Assembly: GCA_035765775.1 (NCBI GenBank)
Contig: DASTWV010000057.1
Location: 27,160 to 91,159 of the forward strand
From: Actinomycetota bacterium
GTDB taxonomy: Bacteria; Actinomycetota; CADDZG01; JAHWKV01; JAOPZY01
Length of the DNA: 64,000 nucleotides
Reading direction: 5' to 3'
Below are positions 1 through 9,041 of this stretch, piece after piece. The notes under the pieces were generated by a model, which saw nothing but the letters and a program-made list of their open reading frames with translations, ran no database searches and was not told where the DNA came from. Numbering within the stretch: the first letter of the stretch is position 1; every line of letters begins with the position of its first letter. Made by a program: the position numbers and the translations under genes.

Positions 1-2221
1 CCGTGGCGGGGTCCCGGTCAACCAGGATCCCCGCCTCACCGTTACCGACCAGCTCGCAGACCCCGCTCACCCGGGTGGCGATAACCGGCAGCCCGCAGGC
101 GGCGGCCTCGAAGCTGGCCAGGGAGAAGGTCTCGTAGGCGCTGGGGAGGACGAAGACGTCGGCGGCCTGATAGAAGACCTCTGGCACCTCCGAAGGACCG
201 AAGAACGTCACATCGGGGGCCACGCCGCACGCCTCGGCGATCCCCTGCATGCGCCGGGGCTCCCCCCCGCCCACCACCCACAGGCGGTAAGGGCAGCCCT
301 GCTCCCGGACCCGCTCCAGCGCGTGGATGAGGATCGGAAGGCCCTTGCGGTCCCAATCTCCCCCGACGAAGAGGGCCACGAGGGCGTCCTCTGGGACCCC
401 GGCCTGGGCGCGCATGCGCGCGCGGGCGGCGCGGTCCGGGCGGAACACCTGGGCGTCCACCCCGTTGGGGCAGGTGGCGATGGCGACGCCCGGGAACCAG
501 CGGGCGAGCTCGGTGGCCACACCGAGGGACACCGGCGCCAGCCAGCCCAGGCGGCCAGGGCGGTAGCAGAGCCGCTCGCTGCCGCGGGCGATGGCCTTCG
601 ACACCGCCTTGTTGGCCCGGCGCAGCAGCGGGATGCCCCGCTCCGGGGGGAGGTCCCGCTGGGCGGCTTGTGCGCCGGCGTGGCAGTAGTGCACGGCGGC
701 CACATCGACTCGGTTCACCACAATGGCCCCGACGGTGTGCACCACGTCGGCGTCCACCCGCCGGAGGGCCACGCTGGCCCGGGCCAGGAACCACCCGAAG
801 CGCACCGCGAACGGCCGGGCGGGGATCGGGATGCGCGTCCAGCCCTCCACCAGGGGGATCAGCTCGGGCTCCAGGTACCCCGAAACCACGTGGAACCGGA
901 ATTCCCTGTAGGTGTGCTGGATCAGCTCGGCACACGCCCGCTCCATCCCGCCGCGGTGATCGACCCGGTGCGCCACCAGGGCGACCCGGGGCCGGGCGGC
1001 AGGATCCGCCGCGGGCGGGGGTGGGCCGGTGGGCCCGGGGGTGGCGTCGGGAGGGTGGCGCCGGAGCCTGCGCCCCCGGCCCGGGATGTCGAGCGAGGTG
1101 AGCAGCTCGGCGAAGCCCGCCGCCATCCGCTCCTCGGAGAACCGGGGGGCCCGGGCCAGGGCCCCCGCGCGCAGTGCTGCGGCCCGGGCTTCGTCCCCGA
1201 CGATGGAGAGGATGGCGTCCGCCATGGGAGCCGGCTCCCCCACCGGCACCAGCACCCCTGACACCCCGTCCTCGATGATCTCGAGCGGCCCCCCGGCAGC
1301 GGTCGCCACCAGCGGCTTGCCCAGGGCCAGCGCCTCCACCAACACCAGCCCGAAGGGCTCACCGAAGGAGGCGTGCACCACCACATCCATCGCGTCGAAC
1401 CACGGGTAGACATCGCTGCGGTGGCCGGCGAAGTGGACTCGGTCGGTGATCCCGAGCTCCTCCACCTGGGTCTGGAGCTGCGCCGGGTAGTCGCCCTCCC
1501 ACCCGAGGACCGCACCACCTACCACCAGGAAGCGCGCCGCGGGATTCGCCCTCGCCACCCGGGCGGCCGCCTCGAGGAACACCCGCTGGCCCTTCCAGGC
1601 CTGCAGGCGGCCGACGATGCCCACGACTGGGGCGGATTCCCAGCCTAGCTGCGCCCGGATCGCCTGGCCGGATCCGCGGTACTCCGCCACCTGTTCCACC
1701 GGCGATCCGAGATGGATCTTGACCACGCGGCGCTCCGGGGTCAGCTCCCGCTGGGCGGCAACCGCCTCCTCGCAGCTGGCCACCACGACCGTGGCGGGCA
1801 CCCGGGCGGCGACCGCATCCATCCGGGAGGCGGCATCCGGAATCCCCTGCTGCCACCAGATGGCCGGCACGCTGCTGGCCCAACAGGCGGCCCCGCCGTA
1901 CACGTGGCCCTTCGCCATGTTGGACACCACCGCCTGGATGCCGGTGCGGCGGATCATGCTCCGCAGCTCACGCACCACGCGGATGCCGGCGGCGGGGTCC
2001 CGGAGCCGACCGGCCTCCACCACGTGCGCCGGCCAGCCCACCTCGGCGAACCACTCCTCGACCGGACCCCGGTGCAGGAGCACAGGTTTCGGCTCGTACC
2101 CGAAGGCGGGGAGATGGCGCGCCAGGCCCACGAGGGCGCGCTCGGCGCCGCCCGGCACCGCGCTCGGGCTGACGAGCAACACCGCACCCTTGCCGGGACG
2201 CTGGTTTAGGAGGTGGGCCAT
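1..2221 (-). CDS. Tandem GT4-GT4 (two fused family-1-fold glycosyltransferase domains), partial: C-terminus runs off window start
   Basis: The minus frame from ATG 2221 stays open to position 1 and is not in the ORF track because no stop lies in the window. The N-terminus reads MAHLLNQRPGKGAVLLVSPSAVPGGAERALVGLARH, a GT4 N-terminal fold. A linker (...DIPGRGRRLRRHPPDATPGP...) leads to a second GT4-like start, RVALVAHRVDHRGGMER. The final residues in the window, ...FVLPSAYETFSLASFEAAACGLPVIATRVSGVCELVGNGEAGILVDRDP, form the GT4 E-x7-E region. The ATG lies 5 nt after the ugd stop, so the two genes are packed as an operon. Confidence 0.6.
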   Translation of the reverse strand, partial: MAHLLNQRPGKGAVLLVSPSAVPGGAERALVGLARHLPAFGYEPKPVLLHRGPVEEWFAEVGWPAHVVEAGRLRDPAAGIRVVRELRSMIRRTGIQAVVSNMAKGHVYGGAACWASSVPAIWWQQGIPDAASRMDAVAARVPATVVVASCEEAVAAQRELTPERRVVKIHLGSPVEQVAEYRGSGQAIRAQLGWESAPVVGIVGRLQAWKGQRVFLEAAARVARANPAARFLVVGGAVLGWEGDYPAQLQTQVEELGITDRVHFAGHRSDVYPWFDAMDVVVHASFGEPFGLVLVEALALGKPLVATAAGGPLEIIEDGVSGVLVPVGEPAPMADAILSIVGDEARAAALRAGALARAPRFSEERMAAGFAELLTSLDIPGRGRRLRRHPPDATPGPTGPPPPAADPAARPRVALVAHRVDHRGGMERACAELIQHTYREFRFHVVSGYLEPELIPLVEGWTRIPIPARPFAVRFGWFLARASVALRRVDADVVHTVGAIVVNRVDVAAVHYCHAGAQAAQRDLPPERGIPLLRRANKAVSKAIARGSERLCYRPGRLGWLAPVSLGVATELARWFPGVAIATCPNGVDAQVFRPDRAARARMRAQAGVPEDALVALFVGGDWDRKGLPILIHALERVREQGCPYRLWVVGGGEPRRMQGIAEACGVAPDVTFFGPSEVPEVFYQAADVFVLPSAYETFSLASFEAAACGLPVIATRVSGVCELVGNGEAGILVDRDPAT

Positions 2222-2225
2222 CGGT

Positions 2226-3551
2226 TTACGCGGCCGCTGGCTTCTGGGGAGGCCGGCCGGTCGGGTAGTACGCGAAGCCCGCTGCCGCCACCTCCTCGGG
2301 ATCCAGGAGGTTGCGGGCGTCGATGATGATCGGGATGGCCATGACCTCCCGGATCCGGGCGAGATCCAGGGCGCCGTACTCCGGCCAGTCGGTGGCCACC
2401 ACCAGGCAGTGCGCCCCCGTGGCCGCGGCATATGGGCCGTCGGCCAGTTCGAGCCCGGGCAGCGCGGCAACGGCCGAGGATCCTGCCGCGGGGTCGGCGC
2501 CGGCCACCTGCGCCCCGGCCTCCATGAGGTGCCCGGCCAAGCGGAGTGCGGGCGAGTCCCGGATGTCGTCGGTGCCCGGCTTGAAGGCGAGCCCCAGGAC
2601 CCCGACCCGCTTGCCCTCGAGGTTCCACAGGGCGGCGCGGACTTTGCCCACGATCGCGTCGAGCGCCTCGTCGTTCAGCTTGACCACCTCGTCGAGCAGG
2701 CTGAAGTCGTAGCCGAGTCGCGTGGCCTGCGAGCGGAAGGCCGCGAGATCCTTTGGGAAGCAGAACCCGCCGTAGCCGAGGCCGGCATTGAGGAAGGCGC
2801 GGCCGATCCGGGGGTCGGCGCCCATGATGTCGGCGATCGCCACCACATCGGCGCCCGAGGCCTCGCACACCCGGGCCAGGCCGTTGGCAAACGAGATCTT
2901 GAGGGCCAGGAAGGCGTTGCAGGCATGCTTGGCCAGCTCGGCGGTGGCCACGTCGGTGGCGAAGTACTGTGCCCCGGCATCGACAATCGGTGCGTACAGC
3001 TCCCGCAGGAGGCCGTGGGCGACCGCCGAGTCCGCCCCCACCAGGATCCGGTCCGGGCGCAGGGAATCCTCCACCGCCGCCCCCTCGCGCAGGAACTCGG
3101 GGTTGGATGCCACCTCGAAGCGGTGCCGGGTGGACCGCGAGAGCACGAGGCGGACCCACTCGGCGGTCTGCACCGGCACGGTCGACTTCTCCACCACCAC
3201 CATGTCCCGGCTAGCCCAGCGGGCCACGGCGGAGGCGGCGTGCTCCACCGCCACCAGGTTGGGCTCGCCGTTGGGCCGGCCCGGGGTGCCGACGCAGATG
3301 AATGCCACTTCGGCCCCGGCAATCGATGCTTCGGGGTTCCCGGCGAACACCAGGTGCCCTCCGGCCTGGCCGGCGTCCACCAGGGCCTGGAGGCCCTCCT
3401 CGTAGAAGGGCATCACTCCCGCCTGCAGCGCCGCCACCTTGGCGGCGTCGTCATCCAGGCCCACCACGTGGTGGCCGATGTGCGCCAGCGCGGCGGCAGT
3501 CACCAGGCCAACGTGGCCCGCGCCGATCACGACAATCCGTCGGCTTCTCAT
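2226..3551 (-). CDS. ugd: UDP-glucose 6-dehydrogenase
   Basis: 441 aa. N-terminal Rossmann motif IVVIGAGHVGLVTAAALA. UDPG/GDP-mannose dehydrogenase family motifs GGFCFPKD and a C-terminal UDP-binding domain. Confidence 0.9.
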   Translation of the reverse strand: MRSRRIVVIGAGHVGLVTAAALAHIGHHVVGLDDDAAKVAALQAGVMPFYEEGLQALVDAGQAGGHLVFAGNPEASIAGAEVAFICVGTPGRPNGEPNLVAVEHAASAVARWASRDMVVVEKSTVPVQTAEWVRLVLSRSTRHRFEVASNPEFLREGAAVEDSLRPDRILVGADSAVAHGLLRELYAPIVDAGAQYFATDVATAELAKHACNAFLALKISFANGLARVCEASGADVVAIADIMGADPRIGRAFLNAGLGYGGFCFPKDLAAFRSQATRLGYDFSLLDEVVKLNDEALDAIVGKVRAALWNLEGKRVGVLGLAFKPGTDDIRDSPALRLAGHLMEAGAQVAGADPAAGSSAVAALPGLELADGPYAAATGAHCLVVATDWPEYGALDLARIREVMAIPIIIDARNLLDPEEVAAAGFAYYPTGRPPQKPAAA

Positions 3552-3625
3552 ACGTCTCCTCTCAAAGGTGTGGATGGGGCATCGCTCCAGCCGGTCGCCC
3601 TCGGCAGGCGCGCCTGGGCCGGGCT

Positions 3626-5383
3626 TCAGTGGTCGTCGTGCGCCGGACGGCGCCGGGGCGCAGGCTCTCTCACCGGCTGATCGGGGAACCAGCCGTCGCC
3701 CGCAGCACCCTGCTGCCAGGGGTAGTCGGCGGAACGGGCGTGGGTGCTGACACTCGGCTGCGGGAGCTTCCCGCCCACCGGGCGGTTCGTCGCCCGCTCG
3801 GACCGCTCCCGCCTTCGGCGCGCCCCGCGGGGCTCTTCCGCGGTATACGAATAATAGTCGTACCCATAATATCCCGTATCATAATCAAAACCTCTGGACG
3901 ACCCGACTCCGTTGATCACAACCCCGAGCAGTTGGCCGCCCGCTTTCTGCAGCTGCGCCTGGGCGTGCGTGAGCGTCCGGTGGGTAACCTCGCCCGGGTT
4001 CACCACCAGCACCACCCCGTCCACCCGCGAGGCGAGCGCGCCGGCGTCCGCCACCCCCAGCAACGGGGGGGAGTCGATGATCACGAGGTCCGCCGCCGAG
4101 CGCAGGACCTCGAGGATCTCGCCGAAGCGGGCCGAGGCCAGGATCTCCGCCGGATTGGGCGGGGTGCGCCCGGCCGCCAGCACTCGCAGATGGGGCAGCT
4201 CGTTGGTCTGCATCAGGCGCTCCAGCGGCACGTTGGGCAGCACGGCGTCCACCAAGCCCAGCGAGTTCTGCAGCCCGAAGAACCGGTGGACGCTCGGGCG
4301 GCGGAGATCGGCCGAAACCAGGACGGTGCGGACACCGGAGACCGCGAACGCGGCGGCGATGTTGGCGGCCGTCGTGCTCTTGCCCTCCCCTTTCACCGAG
4401 CTGGTGACCAGCAGGGTGCCCAATGGCCGATCAACGGAGAGGAACCGCAGGTTGGTGCGCAAGCTGCGGTAGGCCTCGGCGGTGGGCGAGGCGGGGTTGT
4501 GCACCAGCGCCGCAGATCCCGCCGGGGTCTCCAGCTCCTTGGTATGGGGAACCGATCCCAGGATGAGCGAGCCCGTGACCGCCTCCACGTCCTCGGCGCT
4601 GCGCAGGCGGTCGTCGAGAGCCTCGATGAGCAACGCCAGGCCGACCGCCAGCAGGAGTCCCAGTGCTGCACCCAGCAGCACGTTCTGCTTCCCCTTCGGG
4701 CTCACCGGGAAGCGGGGGGTGGCGGCCGACTGCACGACGGATCCCCCACCGGACACGATTGAATTGGCGCCCGGCAGTTGGTCGAGTTGACCCTGGAGCG
4801 TCGTCAGGGTGTCGTTCATCGAGGTCACCGCGGTGGCGGAGGCGGGCGAGGCACCGGCGGCCGCAATCTGGGCCTTGAGCGAGTCGATCTGCGTGGTGAG
4901 GTCCTTGCTGGCGGCGGCGATGTCGTTGATCACCGCGTCCCGCTGGAAGGAGATGAACGCATTGGCCACCGCGTCGGCCCATGCGGCCGCCAGCGCAGGA
5001 TGGTGGTTGGCTGCCTGCACCTGGATGATCTGCGTGCCCGGAACCACCGACGCCTTGACTGTGGACCGCTGGGCGCCGGCGGCCCCGGGCGGCAGGTTCT
5101 TCTGGGCCAGCGTGAGCACCGCGTCGCTCTGGATCAGGGTGACGTCGGTCTGCATCGCCACGGTGGGATTAGCCAGGAAATTGAGCACGTCGGAATTCGG
5201 TGACGACGGGTTCACGAACGGGGTGACGTTGACTTCGGCGGTCGCCTGGTAGGTCGGCGCCATGCGGACCGACACCACTGCTGCGCTCACCGCCCCTGCG
5301 ACAACCAGGCCCGCGATGATCAGCCAGCGGCGCTTGAGGATGCGCAGGTACTTGCGGAGCAGCTGGGCGCCGGCGTCATCCAC
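3626..5383 (-). CDS. wzc: Wzc-like polysaccharide co-polymerase / BY tyrosine autokinase
   Basis: Cytoplasmic LLRKYLRILKRRW motif followed by TM1, then a periplasmic coiled-coil domain and TM2. The CpsD/CapB-like ATPase has Walker A GEGKST, and the C-terminus carries a Tyr cluster YDTGYYGYDYYSY. The track ORF runs to 5485. The likely start is the GTG at ~5383 just before the LLRKYL motif, overlapping the stop of the upstream HTH gene (sequence GTGGATGA). Confidence 0.85.
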   Translation of the reverse strand: MDDAGAQLLRKYLRILKRRWLIIAGLVVAGAVSAAVVSVRMAPTYQATAEVNVTPFVNPSSPNSDVLNFLANPTVAMQTDVTLIQSDAVLTLAQKNLPPGAAGAQRSTVKASVVPGTQIIQVQAANHHPALAAAWADAVANAFISFQRDAVINDIAAASKDLTTQIDSLKAQIAAAGASPASATAVTSMNDTLTTLQGQLDQLPGANSIVSGGGSVVQSAATPRFPVSPKGKQNVLLGAALGLLLAVGLALLIEALDDRLRSAEDVEAVTGSLILGSVPHTKELETPAGSAALVHNPASPTAEAYRSLRTNLRFLSVDRPLGTLLVTSSVKGEGKSTTAANIAAAFAVSGVRTVLVSADLRRPSVHRFFGLQNSLGLVDAVLPNVPLERLMQTNELPHLRVLAAGRTPPNPAEILASARFGEILEVLRSAADLVIIDSPPLLGVADAGALASRVDGVVLVVNPGEVTHRTLTHAQAQLQKAGGQLLGVVINGVGSSRGFDYDTGYYGYDYYSYTAEEPRGARRRRERSERATNRPVGGKLPQPSVSTHARSADYPWQQGAAGDGWFPDQPVREPAPRRRPAHDDH

Positions 5384-5687
5384 GGGCGCCCCCGGCGCCT
5401 TCGGCGGGAGCCGTGCGGGCGTCCGGGGGGGCGGCCCCCGCCCGGCTCCAGCTCGCCAGCACCCGGCCCACTTCGGAGACGGCAAAAAGCCGGTGGCCGC
5501 CGAAGGTCCGGTAACAGGCGATCTTGCCTTCGTCCGCCCAGGTCCGCACCGCCCGGGCGCTCACTCCCAGCGCCTTCGCCACCTCGGCGGTGCGCAGGGC
5601 GGGCTCCGCAGACGGCATCTCGGTGGGCGTCCCAGGACCGGCGAGATGACCGGGCAGCCGATCATGCATGGGATCAAGCTCTGACAT
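5376..5687 (-). CDS. Small MerR/excisionase-family HTH DNA-binding protein (BldC-like)
   Basis: An internal ATG sits behind the RBS AGGAGGGGA. The HTH region reads LRTAEVAKALGVSARAVRTWADEGKIACYRTFGGHRLF, typical of HTH_17/MerR N-terminal domains. The long track ORF 5376..6011 upstream of this ATG is a Cys/Ser/Arg-rich, non-protein-like extension. Confidence 0.6.
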   Translation of the reverse strand: MSELDPMHDRLPGHLAGPGTPTEMPSAEPALRTAEVAKALGVSARAVRTWADEGKIACYRTFGGHRLFAVSEVGRVLASWSRAGAAPPDARTAPAEGAGGARG

Positions 5688-5754
5688 GGTGCTCCCCTCC
5701 TGAGGGTGGACGTCGGGCAAGCCAGCGAGTGGCGGGACGGCAGGGATGGGCTGG

Positions 5755-6114
5755 TTACGAGGCCGCTTTGTCGCATAGGGCAGCAAGGGCGCCGCTGCGC
5801 AGCCGGTAAGCGTGCATCCGGGAGATGCCGAGCCTGCCGGCCACGGTCGACGGCGACAGGTCGGCGATGTACCACAAGAACAGCAGCTCCCGCTCCCGGG
5901 GTGCCAGGCGTTGGACCATCCGGCGGCGCAGCTCCTCGCGCTCGTCAAGACGGTGGACAAACCCGTCGTGGAATGGCCCGTGGGCAGCATCGAACGGCCC
6001 GTTCGAAACAAGCAGGACCGAGGCAGACTTGGGATCGAAGAGATCCCGATAGCGTTTCAGGGTCAGTGCCACCCCCTCCGGGGTGGCCCACAGCGTTGGC
6101 TCCGCACGTCCCAT
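5755..6114 (-). CDS. Small regulator containing only a sigma-70 region-4-like HTH
   Basis: C-terminal LAPRERELLFLWYIADLSPSTVAGRLGISRMHAYRLRSGALAAL matches sigma-70 region 4 (ECF/LuxR-like HTH). No region 2 is recognisable. Start taken at the internal MGRAEP. Confidence 0.5.
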   Translation of the reverse strand: MGRAEPTLWATPEGVALTLKRYRDLFDPKSASVLLVSNGPFDAAHGPFHDGFVHRLDEREELRRRMVQRLAPRERELLFLWYIADLSPSTVAGRLGISRMHAYRLRSGALAALCDKAAS

Positions 6115-6266
6115 GCCCACTCCGTTCTCGGTCCCCCCGGCCCGGCGGTCCAGCACGCACAACAGAAGAATGGCATCTCCTGAACCGTGTACGTGCCTTG
6201 AAACATGTAGTCCAGTAACTCTCCTTCTATAGGGGGTTATGGAGAAGCCGCAGGTACGATGCTGCC

Positions 6267-6827
6267 GTGACGACGGTGCTCTTCGTCTGCACGGCCAACC
6301 AGTGCCGCTCGCCCATGGCCGTTCTCTTCGCCCGGCAGGCCTTGGCCCAGCGGGAGCCACAGGTGCAGGTCATGGGGGCAGGGACCTCGGCCGCCGGCGC
6401 ACGGCCGGTGACACCCGCCACGGCCAAGGTCATGGCTCGCCGGGGGCTCGACGCCTCCGCGCACCGCTCCAGCGGCATCCTCGAGGCTCTCTCCCCCGAG
6501 CCTGACCTGGTGATCGGGCTGGCCCGAGAGCACGCCCGAACCGTCGTCGAGGAGCGCCCTGAGATGTTCCCGAAGACCTTTACCCTTAAGGATCTGGTTC
6601 GCCGGGCTACCGACGCCGGCCCGAGGGGCCACAACGAGGATCTCGCCTCCTACCTGTCCCGGCTGGGAGCGGGCCGCGGATTCTCGTCGTTGGCCGGGTG
6701 GGCTGCCACCGACGAGGTTGCCGACCCGGTAGGGCAACCACTGGCGGCCCACGAACGCTGCGCCGCCGAGCTCGAAACCCTGGTGGGCGCTCTGGTGGAC
6801 CATCTCTGGCCGCCACCGCGATCGTAA
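6267..6827 (+). CDS. Low-molecular-weight protein tyrosine phosphatase (Wzb-like)
   Basis: The P-loop VLFVCTANQCRSPMA is a C-X5-R(S) motif, and a D-P loop follows. 186 aa. Divergent from the wzc operon. Confidence 0.85.
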   Translation: MTTVLFVCTANQCRSPMAVLFARQALAQREPQVQVMGAGTSAAGARPVTPATAKVMARRGLDASAHRSSGILEALSPEPDLVIGLAREHARTVVEERPEMFPKTFTLKDLVRRATDAGPRGHNEDLASYLSRLGAGRGFSSLAGWAATDEVADPVGQPLAAHERCAAELETLVGALVDHLWPPPRS

Positions 6828-7454
6828 ATGCCCCGTCCATTCTGTAGGGCGTTCGACCAGCCGACTCTTCTCTGTCCTTGCGCTTCCATTCCTGGCTCGT
6901 CATATGGAGGCCGTCCGGTCCCTTCCAGGAATGCGGTGACCGCATGCGGCCCCCCATTTCCAGCTGGCATTCCCGGGAGATGTTCCCCGCCGGTTCCTGA
7001 CCAAACAGGGGCACCGGGACGAGAGACGAACGCCGCAGCTGCCGGGTCTCCGGGCGAGGTCGAGGCGGGGCCCGGGAGATCCACCCCGTCCCCGAGGCCC
7101 ACTGCTGAATGACGCCATACCCCACGTGTCAACCTTTCACGAGGTCCACGGTCAACAGAAACTTCAGGTGGAACGGACCCCCATCATAATCCGTTGAAAC
7201 GAACGTATCGTCTTCATATACCCGACGATCGTCCAAGATCACGTTTCGGGAGTTGCTTGATCCGATCCGGCATGAGGATGACGGGCGAGCCTGCCATTCC
7301 CGGACCATCCCGGGTGCCCGTCAGTGGACGGAGCCGCGGGGCGGCTGGCGGCCCGTCGGGGCCCCCTTCATCCGAAAAGGATTTTCCACTCCGGAATGTA
7401 CCGCCGTTTCTGTAACATTGTCAAGGCGGCTTTGTTTCCTGGAGATGAACACTT

Positions 7455-8111
7455 TTGACGCCCCCGGCTGGTCACCGGAGCGGTGCCGATTTCGTGACGA
7501 TGCTGCGAGGCGGAAAAAACGGCAAAGGGTTCGTGCACCATCATGGGAGGATGCACCATGCCGACCACGTCGCCCTGATCCGGGCCGGTGTCGAAGCTCA
7601 CCCGGGCACCTGGGCCGACCTGGGCTCAGGCCGGGGGGCCTTCACCCTCGCCCTGGCGGACCTCCTCGGACGCATCGGAGGCCCGGCCGGGACGATCCTT
7701 TCCATCGACCTCGACGCCGGCGCTTTGCGCTCGCAGGAGGAGGCGATGCGGCGGCGTTTCCCGGCCGCCCAGGTGGTCTACCGGCGGGCCGACTTCACCG
7801 ACCCCGCTGCCCGGGGCATCACGCCGGCCTCCCTCGACGGGCTGCTCATGGCGAACTCGCTGCACTTCATCCGCAGCCCGCGATCGGCCCTGGTGGATCT
7901 GGTAGCCCTCCTGAAACCGGGCGGCCGCTTCGTCCTGGTGGAATACGACACCGACTCGGGCACCACCTGGGTGCCGTACCCGCTCTCGTTCGCCACCTGG
8001 GAGCGGTTCTCGGCCGAGGTTGGGTTGCAGGCGACGCACCTGGTGCACCGGGTGCCGAGCCGCTTCCTGGGCCATATCTACTCGGCGGCAAGCGACGCCC
8101 CTGGAAGGTAG
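7455..8111 (+). CDS. Class I SAM-dependent methyltransferase
   Basis: Motif I DLGSGRGAFTLALA and motif II/post-I region LVEYD. Start may be the internal ATG at ~7500 or ~7551. Its TAG stop lies 10 nt before the DNA methyltransferase ATG. Confidence 0.7.
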   Translation: MTPPAGHRSGADFVTMLRGGKNGKGFVHHHGRMHHADHVALIRAGVEAHPGTWADLGSGRGAFTLALADLLGRIGGPAGTILSIDLDAGALRSQEEAMRRRFPAAQVVYRRADFTDPAARGITPASLDGLLMANSLHFIRSPRSALVDLVALLKPGGRFVLVEYDTDSGTTWVPYPLSFATWERFSAEVGLQATHLVHRVPSRFLGHIYSAASDAPGR

Positions 8112-8121
8112 CGTGGCCGCC

Positions 8122-8997
8122 ATGCCGGGCATCGACTGGGACGCGGTCATGGGGGGCTCGGCTTGCCGGACCGCCCTGGGCGCCCTGGTGGTCGGCGACG
8201 CCCTCGCACAGCTCCGGGTGCTCCCTGCCGCCAGCATCGACCTGGTGGTGACCTCGCCCCCCTACGACCGGCAGGGCAAGTACCACGACGGCCTGGCCTA
8301 CGGGCGGGACTGGTACGAGGGTTACTTCCTGGAGGTCACCGCCGAGATCCGCCGCCTGCTCGCGCCCCGGGGCAGCTTCGTCCTCAACTACCGCTCGAAA
8401 CGCCACGGCTCCGAGCGCGGGACCCTGCAGTACGAGCTCGTGTTCTGGCTCCGGGACCAGGGCTTCCTCTTCGCCGAGGATTTCGTGTGGGGCAAGCCCT
8501 CGCCCCCGCCCGGGCGGTTCAACCGGTTCCTGAAGGACGCCGTGGAGTACTGCTTCCAGTTCACCGTCTCGCCTGACTGGGCCTTTCACCCGGAGCATTG
8601 CCTGCGGCCCGCCCGCTGGGACGCCGCCGATCGCCTCCGGCGCCGGGCGCTGGCGCACAACTATGAGCGGGTGCAGGAGCCGTCCGGGCACGGGCGCCGC
8701 AGGGTGCAGGCCGGCCCCGACCTGGTGCGCCCCTCCACCTTGCTGGCCTTCGAGCCCGAGTTCGGCCCCAACCCCACCGGCCACCCCAGCCGGTTCCCCA
8801 TCGGGCTGCCAGACTTTTTCATCCGGCTGCTCAGCCAGCCCGGGGATGTGGTCCTCGACCCGTTCGCCGGCACCGGGACCACCGGGGTGGCAGCGGAGCG
8901 CCTGGGCCGGCGATGGCTGGCCGTGGAGGCCGATGCCAGCTACGCCGCAGGCTTGCCAGCCCGCCTGGCCGAGGCGCGCCCAGCTGACGGCGCCTGA
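8122..8997 (+). CDS. DNA methyltransferase, beta-class (N4-cytosine or N6-adenine)
   Basis: Motif IV DLVVTSPPY precedes motif I VLDPFAGTGTTGVAA. The IV->I order defines beta-class amino-MTases of the N6_N4_Mtase family. The internal ATG MPGIDWD is used, because the track ORF extension upstream overlaps the preceding gene. Confidence 0.85.
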   Translation: MPGIDWDAVMGGSACRTALGALVVGDALAQLRVLPAASIDLVVTSPPYDRQGKYHDGLAYGRDWYEGYFLEVTAEIRRLLAPRGSFVLNYRSKRHGSERGTLQYELVFWLRDQGFLFAEDFVWGKPSPPPGRFNRFLKDAVEYCFQFTVSPDWAFHPEHCLRPARWDAADRLRRRALAHNYERVQEPSGHGRRRVQAGPDLVRPSTLLAFEPEFGPNPTGHPSRFPIGLPDFFIRLLSQPGDVVLDPFAGTGTTGVAAERLGRRWLAVEADASYAAGLPARLAEARPADGA

Positions 8998-9041
8998 GGC
9001 GCGCGGCACTGCCGCCCGAGACCCTGCTGTGCTGCCGGGGA

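Noticed and set aside
1617-3680. 687-aa plus-strand ORF and many other long ORFs (e.g. 42..935-, 16065..18965+ 966 aa, 45783..48308- 841 aa, 30444..32681- 745 aa, 61804..63933+ 709 aa, 19608..22166+ 852 aa)
   Set aside because: These are antisense or off-frame to genes with clear conserved motifs. Their translations are Arg/Pro/Gly-rich with no domain signatures. They are a typical high-GC artefact.
7250-7400. Possible SAM-IV-type riboswitch upstream of the SAM-methyltransferase gene
   Set aside because: Only vague resemblance (CATGAG...GC-rich stems). The conserved core elements could not be aligned by eye. It is left as an unassigned structured spacer pending an Rfam scan.
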